Below the pieces are notes generated by a model, which worked only from the letters and a program-made list of their open reading frames with translations, made no database searches and was not told the origin of the DNA. Below are positions 61,350-64,000 of a stretch of 64,000 nucleotides of DNA, one piece after another (within the stretch, counting starts at the first letter, position 1; each line of letters opens with the position of its first letter). Position numbers and translations under genes: made by a program. The stretch lies in assembly GCA_018056375.1 (NCBI GenBank), contig JAGPFQ010000002.1, positions 11,344-75,343 on the forward strand. The letters are read 5' to 3'. Source of the stretch: Candidatus Dojkabacteria bacterium (GTDB lineage Bacteria; Patescibacteriota; Dojkabacteria; SC72).

Positions 61350-63845
61350 ATGCTTAATAGAAAAGGAAAAAAAGAGAAGAACAAATTTCTTTCGAGGTTG
61401 AGTAAAAATCTTGTCACCTCGTTAAGGTTAGCATCTTTGATTGCGCTACAAGAGAAGAGGAAGAAAGTTTCACCAAAATTTCTGTTTGTTGGCTTGTTGC
61501 TAAACAGGGCTTCATTAGCCAGTAAAGTGGTAAGTGAAACTAGGATAAGTGAGTCTGATTTGTTAGAGAGTGTAGTGGGTAAAAAAAATATTAGTGTGGA
61601 TATGGATAAAAATGTCCCTATTGTAGTGAACCTTTCTGAGGGCTTAAAAGAGGTGTTAAACAGGGCTTTTTACATAGCTTTGAAATCAGGACATGTGTAT
61701 GTAGGAACTGAGCATGCTATGCTAGCTCTCCTTGAAGGTAACTTTAGAGAATTTGAAGGTGTTAAGGAATTGGGTTTAACATTGGAAACATTCCGTAATG
61801 TATTAAGTCAGGTTGCGATATATCCAATTGGTATGTTTTCTAAACCATCGGATCCATTTTTTAGTGAAGAAGGTCAAGGATTGATGGAGTTTTTAGGTGT
61901 TGATTTGGTTGAATTAGCAAGGGAGAAGAAGCTAGATCCGGTAATTGGGAGAGATAAAGAGTTAAAACAACTTGCAAATATTTTGGGAAGAAGGAAGAAG
62001 AATAATCCAATTATAGTAGGAGAGGCTGGTGTGGGAAAAACAGTATTAGTAGAAGGTTTAGCACAGATGATAGCAGATGGACATGTTGGTCCATCTTTAA
62101 AGGGTACTAAGATAGTATCTATAAACATTTCTGACATTATGGCTGGTAGCAAGATGAGGGGTGATGTTGAAGAGAAGGTTATGGCTATAATAGATGAAGT
62201 AGTTAAATCAGAAGATACTATTCTTTTTATCGATGAGATCCATCAAATTGTTGCTCCAGGTATGCCAGGTAGCTCCGCAGATATCGCTTCGGTATTAAAA
62301 CCTGCTTTAACAACAGGTAATTTTAGATGTATTGGTGCTACTACAGTACAAGATTACAATGCATATTTTGAAACCGATAGTGCTCTAAGTAGAAGGTTTC
62401 AACCACTATTTTTAGATGAATTAAGTGTTGATGCTACTGTAGAAGTTCTTAAAAGGATTAGACCATTACTCCAAAAATATCATAATGTGAAGATTGCTGA
62501 TGAGGCATTAAATGTAGCTGCAAATCTTACTGATAGGTATGTAGTTGATAGGTATTTACCAGACAAGGCAATTGATGTATTAGATGAGGCTGCTGCTTCT
62601 AGAAAGTTAGGTTTAGAAGATGTTTTCAAGGATATTGATATATTGAAGGAAGAACTACAAGATATTAATTCTCAAAAAGATAAGAGTATAGAAGAGTGGA
62701 ATATGGAAGATGCTCTTCAAAAAGATAAAGCAAGTAAGGAGCTACAAAACATAATCTCCCTAAAGGAAAAGGAGTATCTCTCTTTTATGAAAGATAAAAC
62801 AAATGAGATTACTGGGGAGGATATCCGACAAGTTATTTCAAAATGGACAGGAATACCACTTAATACTCTTGGCAGTAAAGAGAAAAATGCTCTACTTTTG
62901 TTAGATAAAGAGCTTAAGAAGAAGGTAATAGGGCAGGATGAAGCTTGTGAGAATGTTGCAAATGCTGTTAAGAGAGCAAGGACAGGCATTATTGATACTG
63001 ATAGACCTTGGGCATCGTTCCTCTTTTTGGGTCCCACTGGTGTTGGTAAGACAGAATTAGCAAAAGTTTTAGCAGGTGAATTGTTTGGAGATCGAGATAG
63101 GTTGATACAGATAGATATGAGTGAAATGATGGAAATGCATAGTGTGTCTAAATTGATTGGTTCTCCTCCAGGATATGTTGGTTTTCAACAAGGTGGCCGT
63201 TTAACAGAAGAGGTTAAGAGGTATCCACATTCAGTAATTCTTTTTGATGAGATAGAGAAAGCACATCCGGAGGTTTTAAATGTTCTCTTGCAAATATTGG
63301 AATATGGACATTTGACAGATGGAAAAGGAAAGAGAGTCAACTTTAAGAATAGTGTAATAATACTAACCTCTAATATTGGTGCTGAAGAGATAGCTAAAAG
63401 TAAGGTGCTTGGTTTTAATCAAAAACACACATCAGAAGAGAAGAGCGACAGGGAGATTGATGATGCATATAGTAGTATGAAGGATCAGTTGATGGAAGCA
63501 TTGCAGGATACTCTAAGACCTGAATTATTAAACAGACTTGATGATATTGTAATATTTAGAGCATTGACTAGAAAAGATGCTAGAAAGATTGTGATGTTGT
63601 TAGTTGAAGAGTTAAACAGTAGGCTTGTAGAGGAGAAGATAGTTGTAAAGCTGGATAGTAAAGCTCTGACATATATAGTAAAGAATGCATTTAGCGAAAG
63701 GTATGGAGCAAGACCTCTTAGAAGATTTATTCAAGAAAAAATAGAGAACTTACTTGCTAATCATATTCTTACTGAAGGTGAAAACAAGGAGAAAGAGATA
63801 CTAACTGTCACTAGAGAAGGAGATGAGTTAGTTATCAAGAAATAA
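61350..63845 (+). CDS. clpC: ATP-dependent Clp protease ATP-binding subunit ClpC-like (two AAA+ modules, Clp_N repeats, short middle domain)
   Basis: Walker A1 is GEAGVGKT and Walker A2 is GPTGVGKTELAK. The sensor and ClpB_D2-small C-terminus are present. At 831 aa with a short M-domain it fits ClpC rather than ClpB. Confidence 0.88.
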   Translation: MLNRKGKKEKNKFLSRLSKNLVTSLRLASLIALQEKRKKVSPKFLFVGLLLNRASLASKVVSETRISESDLLESVVGKKNISVDMDKNVPIVVNLSEGLKEVLNRAFYIALKSGHVYVGTEHAMLALLEGNFREFEGVKELGLTLETFRNVLSQVAIYPIGMFSKPSDPFFSEEGQGLMEFLGVDLVELAREKKLDPVIGRDKELKQLANILGRRKKNNPIIVGEAGVGKTVLVEGLAQMIADGHVGPSLKGTKIVSINISDIMAGSKMRGDVEEKVMAIIDEVVKSEDTILFIDEIHQIVAPGMPGSSADIASVLKPALTTGNFRCIGATTVQDYNAYFETDSALSRRFQPLFLDELSVDATVEVLKRIRPLLQKYHNVKIADEALNVAANLTDRYVVDRYLPDKAIDVLDEAAASRKLGLEDVFKDIDILKEELQDINSQKDKSIEEWNMEDALQKDKASKELQNIISLKEKEYLSFMKDKTNEITGEDIRQVISKWTGIPLNTLGSKEKNALLLLDKELKKKVIGQDEACENVANAVKRARTGIIDTDRPWASFLFLGPTGVGKTELAKVLAGELFGDRDRLIQIDMSEMMEMHSVSKLIGSPPGYVGFQQGGRLTEEVKRYPHSVILFDEIEKAHPEVLNVLLQILEYGHLTDGKGKRVNFKNSVIILTSNIGAEEIAKSKVLGFNQKHTSEEKSDREIDDAYSSMKDQLMEALQDTLRPELLNRLDDIVIFRALTRKDARKIVMLLVEELNSRLVEEKIVVKLDSKALTYIVKNAFSERYGARPLRRFIQEKIENLLANHILTEGENKEKEILTVTREGDELVIKK

Positions 63846-63892
63846 TTATTAACTCCTCTTTTTCAAGGTTCACTTTGTGATATACTCTCCTT

Positions 63893-64000
63893 ATGAAATA
63901 TATATGTTCTTCTTGCAGTGCTGAGTTTCTCAAATGGTCTGGAAAGTGCTCTTCCTGTGGGGAATGGGGCACATTGGAAGAGACTCAGGAGATTGAAACT
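63893..64000 (+). CDS. radA: DNA repair protein RadA/Sms, N-terminal fragment (zinc ribbon). The gene continues beyond the window
   Basis: Manual translation gives MKYICSSCSAEFLKWSGKCSSCGEWGTLEETQEIET. This is the C..C...(K/R)W.G.C..C..W(G/N)T pattern of the RadA N-terminus. Confidence 0.7.
   Translation, partial: MKYICSSCSAEFLKWSGKCSSCGEWGTLEETQEIET

Overview
This is a 64 kb window of AT-rich bacterial chromosome. Proteins are short and divergent, no in-frame TGA recoding is needed, and the rRNA operon carries a homing-endonuclease intron. These traits fit a reduced-genome, possibly episymbiotic lineage such as CPR/Patescibacteria; that assignment is an inference from the sequence. The window contains core housekeeping genes (rsmA, dnaG, ftsK, rpoB-rpoC-rpsL-rpsG, hrcA-grpE-dnaK, murJ, rpsA, clpC, radA start). 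It also contains a complete rRNA operon (16S, tRNA-Ile(GAT), tRNA-Ala(TGC), 23S, 5S). The 23S is interrupted by two tandem group I introns in helix 69, one carrying a LAGLIDADG homing endonuclease. The most striking accessory content is a 13.5 kb cluster of three tandem giant cell-surface proteins of 2024, 1445 and at least 971 aa. Each has an N-terminal signal anchor, a large extracellular domain (DUF285-type repeats or lectin-like modules), a cadherin-like domain, Ig-like tandem repeats, and a shared C-terminal Pro-rich linker, CarboxypepD_reg-like domain and TM anchor. The third gene has its signal-peptide start knocked out of frame at an A6 homopolymer, a candidate phase-variation switch. 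Upstream is a compositionally distinct island encoding an unrecognisable P-loop protein, a HAD-IIB phosphatase and a dNMP-kinase-like protein coupled to an FeS-less HhH-GPD glycosylase. Other oddities are a DUF805 gene split by an in-frame amber codon, a class II Fic protein where fusA-tuf would normally follow rpsG, tandem HAD paralogs, and a CIRCE-like operator in front of hrcA.
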